Shown: one piece after another, positions 16,677 through 26,873 of the stretch
How the letters are laid out: every line of letters starts with the position of its first letter
How positions within the stretch are numbered: the stretch's first letter is position 1
DNA from: an uncultured Clostridia bacterium
Lineage (GTDB): Bacteria; Bacillota; Clostridia; Oscillospirales; Oscillospiraceae
Length of the DNA stretch: 35,576 bases
Assembly (NCBI GenBank): GCA_945487445.1
Contig: CALYTU010000001.1
Span: 1-35,576 of the forward strand
Direction: 5' to 3'
Notes under the pieces: generated by a model
Database searches by the model: none
The model's input: only the letters and a program-made list of their open reading frames with translations
What the model was told of the DNA's origin: nothing
Position numbers and translations under genes: made by a program

Positions 16677-18182
16677 CTATTTAATGGCTGTACCGGTATC
16701 CTTCTGGATCACGTCGTGGGCGCCGCCCTCGACGATGCTGGTCGCGGAGACAAGGGTCAGCTTCGCTTTCTGCTGGAACTCGCTGATCGTCAGCGCGCCG
16801 CAGTTGCACATGGTGGACTTGACCTTGCTCAGGGTCAGTGCCACATTGTCCTTGAGCGTACCGGCATAGGGAACGTAGGAATCCACGCCCTCCTCAAAGG
16901 ACAGCTTCTTGTCGCCGCCCAGATCGTAACGCTGCCAGTTGCGGGCGCGCGCGGAACCCTCGCCCCAGTATTCCTTGTAATAGGTGCCATTGATGGAGAC
17001 CTTGTTGGAAGGGCTCTCGTCAAAGCGGGCGAAATAACGGCCCAGCATGATGAAGTCTGCGCCCATGGCAAGGGCCAGGGTGATGTGATGGTCATAGACA
17101 ATGCCGCCGTCGGAGCATACGGGAACATAGATGCCGGTCTCGGCAAAATACTCGTCCCGGGCTTTGCAGACCTCGATCAGAGCCGTGGCCTGCCCTCTGC
17201 CAATGCCCTTGGTCTCGCGGGTGATGCAGATGGAGCCGCCGCCAATGCCGACCTTGACAAAATCCGCGCCGCTTTCCGCCAGGAAGCGGAAGCCCTCGGC
17301 ATCCACCACGTTTCCGGCGCCGACCTTCACGGTGTCGCCATAGCGTTCGCGAATCCACGCCAGCGTTCTTCTCTGCCACTCGGAGAAGCCCTCGGAGGAG
17401 TCGATGCAGAGCACGTCCGCGCCGACTTCCAGCAGAGCGGGGACCCGGGTCTCATAGTCGCGGGTGTTGATGCCCGCGCCGACAACATAGCGCTTGTGAT
17501 TGTCCAAAAGCTCGTTTTGGTTCTGCTTGTGGGAGTCATAGTCCTTGCGGAACACGAAGTAACAGAGCTGACCCGCCTCATTGACGATGGGCAGGGCGTT
17601 GAGCTTGTGGTCCCAGATAATGTCGTTGGCTTCCTTCAGCGTGGTGCCTTCCGGGGCATAGATCAGCTTTTCGAGCGGGGTCATGAAGGTCTCCACCCGG
17701 GTATCCATGCTCATGCGGCTGACGCGGTAATCGCGGCTGGTGACAATGCCCAAAAGCTTGCCTGCGGCAGTCCCGTCGTCGGTGACAGCCATGGTGGAAT
17801 GCCCGGTCTGCTCACGCAGGTCAATGACCTGCGCCAGGGTGCTGTCGGGCCGGAGATTGGAGTCACTCTGCACGAAACCGGCCTTGTAGTCCTTGGCACG
17901 CTTGACCATGGCGGCCTCGCTCTCCACGGACTGGGAGCCGAAGATGAAGGAGACGCCGCCCTCAGTAGCAAGCGCCACGGCCAGCCGATCACCGGAGACG
18001 GCCTGCATGATGGCGGAAACCAGGGGTATATTTAGGCTGATGGCAGGCTCTTCCCCCTTACGGTATTTCACAAGGGGTGTTTTCAGGCTGACATTGGCGG
18101 GAATACATTCCGCAGAGGAATAGCCGGGGATCAGCAGGTACTCATTGAAGGTACGGGAAGGTTCAGAAATAAACGTGGCCAT
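16677..18182 (-). CDS. guaB: IMP dehydrogenase (IMPDH/GMPR family with inserted CBS pair)
   Basis: 501 aa. Catalytic loop [13 protein letters not shown] (canonical GIGPGSICTTR), an internal CBS pair, and C-terminal ..GGAHDV... AAAGGAG lies upstream of the ATG. Confidence 0.8.
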   Translation of the reverse strand: MATFISEPSRTFNEYLLIPGYSSAECIPANVSLKTPLVKYRKGEEPAISLNIPLVSAIMQAVSGDRLAVALATEGGVSFIFGSQSVESEAAMVKRAKDYKAGFVQSDSNLRPDSTLAQVIDLREQTGHSTMAVTDDGTAAGKLLGIVTSRDYRVSRMSMDTRVETFMTPLEKLIYAPEGTTLKEANDIIWDHKLNALPIVNEAGQLCYFVFRKDYDSHKQNQNELLDNHKRYVVGAGINTRDYETRVPALLEVGADVLCIDSSEGFSEWQRRTLAWIRERYGDTVKVGAGNVVDAEGFRFLAESGADFVKVGIGGGSICITRETKGIGRGQATALIEVCKARDEYFAETGIYVPVCSDGGIVYDHHITLALAMGADFIMLGRYFARFDESPSNKVSINGTYYKEYWGEGSARARNWQRYDLGGDKKLSFEEGVDSYVPYAGTLKDNVALTLSKVKSTMCNCGALTISEFQQKAKLTLVSATSIVEGGAHDVIQKDTGTAIK

Positions 18183-18231
18183 ATGTTACGCTCCTTTGTT
18201 CGATTCCTTGTTAGTTCGTTGACAGGGGCGC

Positions 18232-21200
18232 TCAAAGGGCGCCGCGAAAATAATCCACTGCCGCCTCGAAAAGGTGGCTTTCATAGCTGCCGGGAACATT
18301 TCTGTACAGACCCGCGCCGACCCGTTCACTGTGGCCCATCTTGCCCAGAACGCGACCGTCCGGAGAGGTAATGCCCTCGATGGCAAGCACAGAGCCGTTC
18401 GGATTGAAGCGGAGATCAGAGGTGGGAACGCCTTCCAGATCCACATATTGGGTGGCAATCTGACCGTTTTGGATCAGCTCCGCAAGCAGGGCGCTAGATG
18501 CGATAAAGCGGCCCTCGCCGTGGGAGATGGGCACGTTCACGATCTCCCCCACCCGCAGTCTGGAGAACCAGGGGGACTGATTGGAAACGATCCGGGTGCG
18601 CACGATGCGGGACTGGTGGCGGCCGATGGTGTTGAAGGTCAGGGTCGGGCAATCGGCGTCCATTTCCATGATCTTGCCATAGGGCACAAGACCGAGCTTG
18701 ATGAGCGCCTGGAAGCCGTTGCAAATTCCGAGCATCAGGCCGTCACGCCGCTCCAGAAGGTCGGTCACGCCCTCGCGGATTGCAGCATTGCGGAAGAAGG
18801 CAGTGATGAACTTGCCGCTGCCATCCGGCTCGTCGCCGCCCGAGAAACCGCCGGGAATGAAAACCATCTGCGCCTGACGCAGCGCCTCGGCAAAGCGGTC
18901 CACAGACCGGCGGATGCCGTCGGCAGAGAGATTGTTGATGACCAGGATCTCCGGCACAGCGCCTGCGTCCAGAACGGCCTTTGCACTGTCGTATTCGCAG
19001 TTAGTGCCGGGGAAGGCGGGAATCAGCACGCTCGGCTTCACGCAGCGTACTGCGGGAGCGGCACGGCGTTCTGTGGGATGGGAAAGGGCTTGATACTGCT
19101 CCACAGGGCAGGTCATTCCGGTGGGATAGACGGTCTCCATCCGACTCTCCCAACGCTGACAAAGCGTCTGGCCGTCAACCCGCTCCTCGCCGCGCACGAA
19201 GGTATTCTCCTCCGTGACGGAGCCGAGCAGGACTCCGCCTTCGACAGGCTCTGTAACCTCGGCCAGGAACGAACCGTACTGCTTTTTCTGCAGCTCCTGC
19301 ATGGAGATGTTCTCCGTGAACCGGAAGCCAAGGCTGTTGCCAAAGGCCGTTTTCAGGATTGCTTCAAGGATGCCGCCGGGGCCGATCGCATAGCAGGAGA
19401 CGATCTTCCCTGCACGCTGGAGCGCGGTAATGCGGTCAAACAGCGCCAGCAGCGACGCCGGCTTGGGAAGGCCCTTCTCGTCCCGCTCCGGGGCAAGCAG
19501 AACAACCGAATGGCCGGCCGATTTGAGTTCCGGGGAGAGAATATGGCCGAGCTTTTCCGTGGTGACGGCGAAGCTCACCAGCGTAGGAGGCACGTCCAGC
19601 TTTTCAAAACTGCCGCTCATGGAGTCCTTGCCGCCGATCGCGCCGATGCCGAGATCCATTTGAGCCCGGAACGCGCCCAGCAGCGCGGACAGGGGCTTGC
19701 CCCAACGCTTGGGGTCCCGTCCCGGCTTCTCAAAATACTCCTGGAAGGTCAGGTAGACATTCTCGAAGCTTGCGCCGGAGGCTACAAGCTTGGAAACAGA
19801 GTCCACAACGGCGAGGTAAGCCGCGTGATAGGGGCTGCACGAAGAGAGCCAGGGATCAAATCCATAGGCCATCAGGGAGCAGTCATCGGTATGGCCCCGC
19901 TCGATGGAGATCTTGTGGACCATGGCCTGAATCGGGGTGAGCTGATTTTTGCCGCCAAAGGGCATGAGAACAGTCCCCGCGCCGATGGTTGCGTCGAACC
20001 GTTCGGAAAGACCGCGATGCGAACAGAGGTTCAGATCGTCCGCCACATGGGCGCAAGCCTCGGCGAAGCTGCGCTCCTCAATGTCGGGTTCGCGCTGCGG
20101 ACAAACGGTTTCAACGGTGATGTGCTTTTCCGCGCCGTTGGAGTTCAAAAATTCACGGCTCAGATCCACGATCCGGTTCCCGTTCCAGTCCATGACCAGA
20201 CGCGGGGTCTCCGTGACCACGGCAACGGGACAGGCCTGCAGGTTTTCCCCCTGAGCCAGCTCCAGGAAGCGGCCGACGTCGGCAGGATCGACAACCACAG
20301 CCATGCGCTCCTGAGATTCGGAAATGGCAAGCTCGGTGCCGTCAAGCCCTTCATATTTACGGGGGACAGCGTTCAGGTCAATGCGCAGGCCGTCAGCCAG
20401 CTCGCCGATGGCGACGCTGACGCCGCCCGCGCCGAAGTCATTGCAGCGTTTAATGAGCCGGGAGGCTTCGGGATTGCGGAACAACCGCTGAAGCTTCCGT
20501 TCCTCCGGGGCGTTGCCCTTCTGTACTTCCGCGCCGCAGGTCTCCACCGAGTGGGCGTTATGGGCCTTCGAGGAGCCTGTCGCGCCGCCGATGCCGTCGC
20601 GGCCGGTGCTGCCGCCAAGCAGGATGATCACATCCCCTGCAGCAGGGCGCTCGCGGCGGACATTGGCCTGCGGGGCAGCGGCGATGACAGCGCCGATCTC
20701 CATGCGCTTTGCAGCGTAGCCGGGGTGGTAGAGCTCCTCGACCAGGCCGGTTGCCAGGCCGATTTGATTGCCGTAGGAGGAATAGCCCGCGGCGGCTGTT
20801 GTGACGATCTTGCGCTGGGGCAGCTTGCCGGGAATGGTTTCCGAGACGGGGGCTGTGGGGTCCGCCGCGCCGGTGACGCGCATGGCGCCGTAAACGTAGG
20901 CGCGGCCGGAGAGCGGATCGCGGATCGCGCCGCCGATGCAGGTGGCCGCGCCGCCGAAGGGCTCGATCTCGGTAGGATGGTTGTGGGTTTCGTTTTTAAA
21001 CAGGAGCAGCCAGGGCTCGGACTTGCCGTCCACCTCGACATTGATCTTCACAGTGCAGGCGTTGATTTCCTCAGACTCATCCAGCTGATCCAGCTTGCCG
21101 CTGCGGCGCAGGTAACGCACAGCAATGGTGGCGAGGTCCATCAGGCATGCCGGTTTGGTACGGCCCAGAGACTTTCGCAGGGCCAGGTAATCCTCATAGC

Positions 21201-21933
21201 TGCGCTGGAGTTCCGGGTCAGCGAACGAGACCTGATCTATGATGGTGTGGAAGGTGGTATGGCGGCAGTGATCGGACCAATAAGTGTCGATCATCCGGAG
21301 CTCGGTAATCGTGGGGTCCCGGTGCTCGCCCCGGAAGTAGGTCTGGCAGAAGGCAATATCCGCCTCATCCATAGCAAGACCGTAGTCACGGATCATGGCG
21401 GCGAGCCCATCTGCGTTCAAGTCCCGGAAGCCTTCCAGCGTGCGAACCGTTGTGGGGATTTCATAGACGGTTTTCAACGTTTCCGGCATCTCCAGGGAGG
21501 CTTCCCGTGCCTCCACGGGGTTGATGACGTATTTCTTGATCTTTTCCACATTCGCCGCGGTCAGATTGCCATAGAGGGCATAGACGCGGGCGGAACGGAT
21601 CAGAGGCCGTTCGGACTGAAACATGAGTTGGATGCACTGAGCAGCGGAATCCGCGCGCTGGTCAAACTGACCGGGCAGATATTCCACCGCGAAGACTGCG
21701 TCCGCGTCGGAAAGGTCCGCCTCAGCGCAGGTCAGATCCACCTGTGGCTCGGAGAAGACGGTGGGGATGGCCGCCTCAAACTGCTCACGGCTGATCGTTT
21801 CCACGTCATAGCGGTTCAGCAGACGAACCGTTTTCAGCGATTCGATGCCGAGAAAGGAAGTCAGCTCGCGGGTCAATCCCTCCGCCTCCTGGGCAAAGCC
21901 GGGTTTTTTTTCAACAAAAATGCGGTATACCAT
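18232..21933 (-). CDS. purL: Phosphoribosylformylglycinamidine synthase, single-chain large form
   Basis: 1233 aa. Motifs YWSDHCRHTTF and ETHNHPTEIEPFGGAATCIGGAIRD, plus a C-terminal triad glutaminase (LGICNGFQAL, ISHGEG). The ATG directly abuts the purD stop (TAAATG). Confidence 0.95.
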   Translation of the reverse strand: MVYRIFVEKKPGFAQEAEGLTRELTSFLGIESLKTVRLLNRYDVETISREQFEAAIPTVFSEPQVDLTCAEADLSDADAVFAVEYLPGQFDQRADSAAQCIQLMFQSERPLIRSARVYALYGNLTAANVEKIKKYVINPVEAREASLEMPETLKTVYEIPTTVRTLEGFRDLNADGLAAMIRDYGLAMDEADIAFCQTYFRGEHRDPTITELRMIDTYWSDHCRHTTFHTIIDQVSFADPELQRSYEDYLALRKSLGRTKPACLMDLATIAVRYLRRSGKLDQLDESEEINACTVKINVEVDGKSEPWLLLFKNETHNHPTEIEPFGGAATCIGGAIRDPLSGRAYVYGAMRVTGAADPTAPVSETIPGKLPQRKIVTTAAAGYSSYGNQIGLATGLVEELYHPGYAAKRMEIGAVIAAAPQANVRRERPAAGDVIILLGGSTGRDGIGGATGSSKAHNAHSVETCGAEVQKGNAPEERKLQRLFRNPEASRLIKRCNDFGAGGVSVAIGELADGLRIDLNAVPRKYEGLDGTELAISESQERMAVVVDPADVGRFLELAQGENLQACPVAVVTETPRLVMDWNGNRIVDLSREFLNSNGAEKHITVETVCPQREPDIEERSFAEACAHVADDLNLCSHRGLSERFDATIGAGTVLMPFGGKNQLTPIQAMVHKISIERGHTDDCSLMAYGFDPWLSSCSPYHAAYLAVVDSVSKLVASGASFENVYLTFQEYFEKPGRDPKRWGKPLSALLGAFRAQMDLGIGAIGGKDSMSGSFEKLDVPPTLVSFAVTTEKLGHILSPELKSAGHSVVLLAPERDEKGLPKPASLLALFDRITALQRAGKIVSCYAIGPGGILEAILKTAFGNSLGFRFTENISMQELQKKQYGSFLAEVTEPVEGGVLLGSVTEENTFVRGEERVDGQTLCQRWESRMETVYPTGMTCPVEQYQALSHPTERRAAPAVRCVKPSVLIPAFPGTNCEYDSAKAVLDAGAVPEILVINNLSADGIRRSVDRFAEALRQAQMVFIPGGFSGGDEPDGSGKFITAFFRNAAIREGVTDLLERRDGLMLGICNGFQALIKLGLVPYGKIMEMDADCPTLTFNTIGRHQSRIVRTRIVSNQSPWFSRLRVGEIVNVPISHGEGRFIASSALLAELIQNGQIATQYVDLEGVPTSDLRFNPNGSVLAIEGITSPDGRVLGKMGHSERVGAGLYRNVPGSYESHLFEAAVDYFRGAL

Positions 21934-23202
21934 TTAGTTCTCCTTTGCCGCAAGGGCGCGTTTTCCGATATCCCGGCGAAAATATGCGTGATCAAAGTGA
22001 ATTCTGTCCACCGCCTCATAGGCGCGCGCCAGGGCGGCAGGAAGATCCTCCGCCACGGCTGTGACGCCCAGCACGCGGCCGCCGGAGGTGACGAGGCGGC
22101 CGTCCTTCTCCTTCGCGCCCGCCACATAGACCTCCGCCTCCAGATCCGCCGGGATCGTGATGGAATAGCCCTTCTCATACGCGCCGGGATAGCCCTGGGA
22201 AGCCATAATTACACACGCGCTTGCCGCATCGCTGAATACCACGGGGCAGTCCGCTAGGCGTTCCTCCGTGACGGCCTGCATAACCGTCAAAAGATCGGTT
22301 TTCAGAAGGGGCAGAACCACTTGGGTCTCGGGATCGCCGAAGCGGCAGTTGTACTCGATCACCTTCGGTCCGTCCTTTGTGAGCATCAGGCCGAAGTACA
22401 GACAGCCCTTGAAGGGCCGGCCTTCGTCCGCCATTGAGCGAACGGTAGGCAGGAAGATCTCTTCCATACAGCGCTGGGCCACGTCGGGCGTATAGTATGG
22501 ATTCGGCGCGACCGTACCCATACCGCCGGTATTCAGACCGGTGTCTCCCTCCCCTGCCCGCTTGTGATCCATAGACGAGATCATGGGGATGATGGTCTTA
22601 CCGTCTGTAAAGGAGAGGACGGAGATCTCCGGACCCTCCAAAAATTCTTCCACGACGATCCGCTCGCCGCTCTTGCCGAATCGGTGATCGGCCATCATGG
22701 CACGAACAGCCGCCTCCGCCTCAGGCAGGGTTTGAGCGATAATGACGCCCTTTCCAAGCGCAAGGCCGTCCGCCTTTACGACAGTGGGCATGGGAACGGT
22801 TTTCAGATAAGCCAGGGCTGCAGCCATATCGTCAAAGGTCTCATATCGCGCCGTGGGGATTCCGTGGCGCTTCATCAGCTCCTTGGCAAAGACCTTGCTG
22901 GCTTCGATCACGGCAGCGTCCTTCCGAGGACCGAAGCAGGGGATCCCGGCCTTTTCCAGAAGATCCACCGCACCCAGGGCGAGGGGATCGTCCGGCGCAA
23001 CAACGGCGTAGTCGATCTTGTTCTCCTTTGCGAAGGCAAGGATCCCGTCGAGATCCACAGCGGCTATGCCGACGCAGATCGCGTCGCGCGCAATACCGCC
23101 GTTGCCGGGCAGGCAGTACAGCTCAGTAACAGATTGGTTTTCTTTCAGCTTTTTGACGATGGCGTGCTCTCGCCCGCCGCCGCCGATGACCATGATTTTC
23201 AT
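21934..23202 (-). CDS. purD: Phosphoribosylamine--glycine ligase
   Basis: MKIMVIGGGGREHAIVKKL, an ATP-grasp core, 422 aa. I place the start at ATG 23202, with GGGGGGAG upstream. The ORF-track extension to 23343 runs through the structured spacer and into purH. Confidence 0.93.
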   Translation of the reverse strand: MKIMVIGGGGREHAIVKKLKENQSVTELYCLPGNGGIARDAICVGIAAVDLDGILAFAKENKIDYAVVAPDDPLALGAVDLLEKAGIPCFGPRKDAAVIEASKVFAKELMKRHGIPTARYETFDDMAAALAYLKTVPMPTVVKADGLALGKGVIIAQTLPEAEAAVRAMMADHRFGKSGERIVVEEFLEGPEISVLSFTDGKTIIPMISSMDHKRAGEGDTGLNTGGMGTVAPNPYYTPDVAQRCMEEIFLPTVRSMADEGRPFKGCLYFGLMLTKDGPKVIEYNCRFGDPETQVVLPLLKTDLLTVMQAVTEERLADCPVVFSDAASACVIMASQGYPGAYEKGYSITIPADLEAEVYVAGAKEKDGRLVTSGGRVLGVTAVAEDLPAALARAYEAVDRIHFDHAYFRRDIGKRALAAKEN

Positions 23203-23225
23203 ATTCTCCCCCCAAGGATCCAGCA

Positions 23226-23283
23226 TCCGCCCGGGGGCGGAGCATATGGATCGTCCCCGCCCAAAGGGCGGGGAATAATCCAT
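23226..23283 (-). promoter_or_regulatory. Two GC-rich stem-loops in the 94-nt purH-purD spacer (candidate cis-regulatory RNA)
   Basis: On the minus strand: ATGGAT-tatt-CCCCGCCC-ttt-GGGCGGGG-acg-ATCCAT (23283-23246), then TCCGCC-cccg-GGCGGA (23241-23226). Both share the CCGCCC/GGGCGG core. The C-rich arm can also pair with the purD SD sequence GGGGGGAG (23213-23206). Confidence 0.45.
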
Positions 23284-23296
23284 CCTTACAGTTACA

Positions 23297-24481
23297 TCAA
23301 TGATGGAACAGGCGCATGCCTGTGAATGCCATGACCATATCATGCCGATTGCAGCAGTCGATCACCGCGTCGTCGCGGATGGAGCCGCCGGGCTCGGCAA
23401 TGTACTTCACGCCGCTGCGGAATGCGCGCTCAATGTTGTCAAAGAACGGGAAGAACGCGTCAGAGCCCAGCGCCACGCCGGTGATGGTGTCCAGATAGGC
23501 TCTCTGCTCTTCTCTTGTGAAGGGAGCGGGCTGACGGGTGAAATACCGCTGCCAAACGCCGTCAGCACAGACGTCTTCTTCATTCTGGTTGATATAGCCG
23601 TCAATAACGTTGTCCCGGTCGGGACGGCCGATGTCCTCGCGGAAGGGCAGGTTCAGAACCTTGTCAGACTGGCGCAGGAACCAGGTATCGGCCTTGGAGC
23701 CGGCCAGACGGGTGCAGTGGATGCGGGACTGCTGCCCAGCGCCTACGCCGATTGCCTGACCGTCCACGGCGAAGCAGACGGAATTGGACTGGGTGTATTT
23801 GAGGGTAATCAGAGAAACGATCAGATCTCTCGCAGCGGAATCCGGCAGGTTCTTGTTGGCCGTGACGAGATTGTTCAGCAGCTCCCGGTCGATCCGGAAG
23901 TTGTTGCGGCCCTGCTCAAAGGTGACGCCGAAGACATGCTTGCACTCCTGGACAGCAGGGACATAGTTCGGATCAATGCGGACAACATTGTAGCCGCCCT
24001 TCCGCTTGGTCTTAAGGATCTCCAGCGCCTCGGGGGTATAACCGGGGGCGATCACACCGTCGGAGACCTCGCGCTTAATGAGGCTGGCGGTCATGGCGTC
24101 GCATTCGTCGGAGAGCGCCACCCAGTCGCCGAAGGAGCACATCCGGTCCGTACCGCGGGCTCTAGCATAGGCACAGGCAAGGGGGTTTTCGTCCAGGCCG
24201 GGAACGTCGTCGACAAAGCAGGCCTTCTTCAGTCGATCAGACAGGGGCAGGCCCACCGCTGCTGAGGTGGGGCTGACATGCTTGAAGGAAGCAGCGGCGG
24301 GCAGGCCAAGGGCCTGCTTGAGCTCCTTGACCAGCTGCCAGGAGTTCAGGGCGTCCAGAAAATTGATGTAGCCGGGACGGCCGTTGAGGATCTCAACAGG
24401 CAGGTCGCTGCCGTCGGCCATATAGATTCGGGCCGGCTTCTGATTGGGGTTGCAGCCGTATTTCAATTCAAATTCTTTCAT
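23297..24481 (-). CDS. purH: AICAR formyltransferase (AICARFT domain only)
   Basis: 394 aa. MKEFELKYGCNPNQKPA.. matches the stand-alone AICARFT form. The N-terminal MGS-like IMP cyclohydrolase domain of bifunctional PurH is absent. Confidence 0.9.
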   Translation of the reverse strand: MKEFELKYGCNPNQKPARIYMADGSDLPVEILNGRPGYINFLDALNSWQLVKELKQALGLPAAASFKHVSPTSAAVGLPLSDRLKKACFVDDVPGLDENPLACAYARARGTDRMCSFGDWVALSDECDAMTASLIKREVSDGVIAPGYTPEALEILKTKRKGGYNVVRIDPNYVPAVQECKHVFGVTFEQGRNNFRIDRELLNNLVTANKNLPDSAARDLIVSLITLKYTQSNSVCFAVDGQAIGVGAGQQSRIHCTRLAGSKADTWFLRQSDKVLNLPFREDIGRPDRDNVIDGYINQNEEDVCADGVWQRYFTRQPAPFTREEQRAYLDTITGVALGSDAFFPFFDNIERAFRSGVKYIAEPGGSIRDDAVIDCCNRHDMVMAFTGMRLFHH

Positions 24482-24492
24482 GACAAGTCACC

Positions 24493-25212
24493 TTAGTTAT
24501 TTTTATTGATGAGTCGCTCTTCGATCTTCCCCGTCCGGAGTTCCACCGCGCGAACATAGAGGGAGATCTTGTTATCGGCGTCCAGGTTTTCCCAAAGCTC
24601 GGAAGTGAAGGCATCCAGGTCATTGACGATCCGGACGCGCTCAGGCTCGCCCTGGAAGGTGGGAATGGGCTTGCCGTCGCAGACATAGGTGTGGATAAAA
24701 TGGCCCAGGCCGGGCTTTGCGGGATAGGAGAAGGTGTAACGTGCGCAGTCGCTTCCCTGCTCGTCGATGCTCTTGAGAATGCTCATCTCATAGCCGGGGC
24801 AGGCGGCGTCCAGCTTCATCATGCCGCTGATGCGGGGGGTGAAGTTGGGTGCGTCCGGCTCGAAGCAGCGGGATTCCAGCGCCTCGGAGAAGGATTTGCC
24901 GGCCTGCAGGCCCTCGTAAATCGTGTCGGTCTGATTGCCATTGGTGACGATTAGTCGATCCTGATACTGGCGTACGGCAGCATAGATAATCAGGCTGGGG
25001 TCCTCCACCTTGGCCGCATCGAAGGGCTCGGTGAAAACCTCGCCGTTTTTGACCGTGAAGATCCGGTTGCGAGAGTTGGCGCTGCGGCCCATGATGAAGT
25101 AGGCAGCGACAGCACGTTCCCCGTCCTCGGTCAGGCCAAGGACAATGCCGCGGCCAACATAAGAATTGCCACGAATCCGCTCAGCAATGGGAAGCGTCTC
25201 ATAGATATTCAT
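24493..25212 (-). CDS. purO: Archaeal-type IMP cyclohydrolase (PurO-like)
   Basis: 239 aa. YVGRGIVLG..AAYFIMGRSANSRNR..LIIYAAV..IVTNGNQTDTI..NFTPRIS resembles the PurO family (YLGRI..AYRVSSRSFPNR..SNGSHTDTI..NTPRI). This comparison is from memory. Confidence 0.8.
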   Translation of the reverse strand: MNIYETLPIAERIRGNSYVGRGIVLGLTEDGERAVAAYFIMGRSANSRNRIFTVKNGEVFTEPFDAAKVEDPSLIIYAAVRQYQDRLIVTNGNQTDTIYEGLQAGKSFSEALESRCFEPDAPNFTPRISGMMKLDAACPGYEMSILKSIDEQGSDCARYTFSYPAKPGLGHFIHTYVCDGKPIPTFQGEPERVRIVNDLDAFTSELWENLDADNKISLYVRAVELRTGKIEERLINKNN

Positions 25213-25215
25213 GTT

Positions 25216-25833
25216 TCAATTCTCCTTCTGTTTATTGGTTGCAATCAATTCAATGGCCTTGGGCAGCAGAATCCATTCGGCCTGTTCCATGACCCGTCGC
25301 TGGAGGACCTCCGGCGTATCCCCGGGCAGGACCTCCACGGGCTTTTGCAGGATAATCTCGCCGCCGTCGGGGATCTCGTTGACATAATGTACCGTAGCGC
25401 CTGTGACCTTTACCCCGCGTTCCAAAGCCAACTCATGAACCCGCAGCCCGTAGCAGCCCTTGCCACAGAAGGCGGGAATCAGAGACGGATGGACGTTGAT
25501 GATCCGACGGTCATAGCGGCGGGTAAAGTCCTCAGAGAGGATGGTCATAAAGCCTGCCAGCACAACCAGATCGATATGATGCTCTTCCAAAGCCTGCACC
25601 AAAGCTGCCTCAAATGCGGACTGGCCGCCAAGCTCTCGCTTGTTCAGCACCAAAGAGGGGACCCCCGCTTTTGCGGCCCGCTCCAGGGCGTAGGCGTTTG
25701 GATTATTCGAGACCACCAGGGCGATCTGTGCGTGACGGATGACACTGCCGCGGGCGTCCAAAATGGCTTGCAGATTCGTGCCGCCGCCGGAAACCAGCAC
25801 AGCGACGCGAAGGGATGCGCATCGATTCAGCAT
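25216..25833 (-). CDS. purN: Phosphoribosylglycinamide formyltransferase
   Basis: 205 aa. Motifs [16 protein letters not shown] and [12 protein letters not shown]. The ATG overlaps the purM stop (ATGCTGA). Confidence 0.9.
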   Translation of the reverse strand: MLNRCASLRVAVLVSGGGTNLQAILDARGSVIRHAQIALVVSNNPNAYALERAAKAGVPSLVLNKRELGGQSAFEAALVQALEEHHIDLVVLAGFMTILSEDFTRRYDRRIINVHPSLIPAFCGKGCYGLRVHELALERGVKVTGATVHYVNEIPDGGEIILQKPVEVLPGDTPEVLQRRVMEQAEWILLPKAIELIATNKQKEN

Positions 25834-26870
25834 AGCTCGATCCTCTGCTCGCCATTGACGATCTCGCCCAGTCGATAGGCGTCCTCACCGTTATCGCGGA
25901 GGACCGAAAGCGCAAGCTCAGCATCCTGCTTGGCCACGCAGATGCACATTCCGACACCCATATTGAAGGTGTTGAACATATCCCGGCGGGAGATGTTCCC
26001 GGTCTGCGCGATGAGATCGAAGATGGGCAGGACGCGGACATCCGCCTCCCGGATGCGGGCACTCAGCCCGGCCGGGATCATGCGGGGAATATTCTCATAG
26101 AAGCCGCCGCCGGTGATGTGGGAAATGCCCTTGACCCGGACCTGCTCCAGCAGCGCCAGGACGGGCTTGACGTAGATCTTCGTGGGAGCAAGCAGGGCCT
26201 CGCCCAGAGACCTTCCGCCCAGAGCGGCAACAGAGGACTTGAGATCGGCGTGCTCCACATCGAACACCTTCCGGACCAGCGAGAAGCCGTTGGAGTGAAC
26301 GCCGCTGGAGGGCAGAGCGATCAGCACGTCGCCGGGCTCCATGGAGGCGTTGTTCAAAATACGGTCCTTGTCCACCACGCCGGTCGAATAACCCGCGAGG
26401 TCATATTCATCAACCGGATAAAAGCCGGGCATTTCGGCGGTTTCCCCGCCAATCAGGGCGCAGCCAGCCTGCACGCAGCCGTCGCACACGCCCTTGACGA
26501 TCTGCTCGATCCGTTCGGGTACATTCTTGCCGCAGGCGATATAGTCCAGGAAAAACAGGGGCTTTGCGCCGCAGCAGATAATGTCGTTCACACACATGGC
26601 AACGCAGTCAATTCCCACGGTGTCATGCTTGTCCAGAAGGAAGGCCAGCTTGAGCTTTGTGCCGACGCCGTCGGTGCCGGAGACCAGAACCGGACGGTGA
26701 ATGCCTTCCAGATCCAGCTCGAACAGGCCGCCGAATCCACCAACATCGGAACAGACGCCGGGCGTCACAGTCGCGGCGATATGGCTCTTCATCAGCTCCA
26801 CAGCGCGATAACCGGCGGTGATGTCCACACCGGCTGCCGCATAGGCTTCGGATTTGGAAATATCGTTCAT
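25827..26870 (-). CDS. purM: Phosphoribosylformylglycinamidine cyclo-ligase (AIR synthetase)
   Basis: 347 aa. Motifs [11 protein letters not shown] and [14 protein letters not shown]. It lies 3 nt downstream of purF. Confidence 0.95.
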   Translation of the reverse strand: MNDISKSEAYAAAGVDITAGYRAVELMKSHIAATVTPGVCSDVGGFGGLFELDLEGIHRPVLVSGTDGVGTKLKLAFLLDKHDTVGIDCVAMCVNDIICCGAKPLFFLDYIACGKNVPERIEQIVKGVCDGCVQAGCALIGGETAEMPGFYPVDEYDLAGYSTGVVDKDRILNNASMEPGDVLIALPSSGVHSNGFSLVRKVFDVEHADLKSSVAALGGRSLGEALLAPTKIYVKPVLALLEQVRVKGISHITGGGFYENIPRMIPAGLSARIREADVRVLPIFDLIAQTGNISRRDMFNTFNMGVGMCICVAKQDAELALSVLRDNGEDAYRLGEIVNGEQRIELC

Positions 26871-26873
26871 GGT

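Noticed and set aside
18274-22257. A 1327-aa ORF on the + strand, the longest ORF in the window, antisense to purL and the 3' part of purD.
   Set aside because: It is in the codon-aligned antisense frame of purL/purD (18274-18232 is a multiple of 3, and purD continues in the same frame). Stops can therefore arise only where the sense strand uses TTA, CTA or TCA, which this GC3-rich genome almost never does. Its translation is low-complexity (G/A/L/R/V/D/H-rich) with no recognisable motif, whereas the minus strand encodes full-length PurL and PurD with all signature motifs. It is a codon-bias shadow, not a gene.
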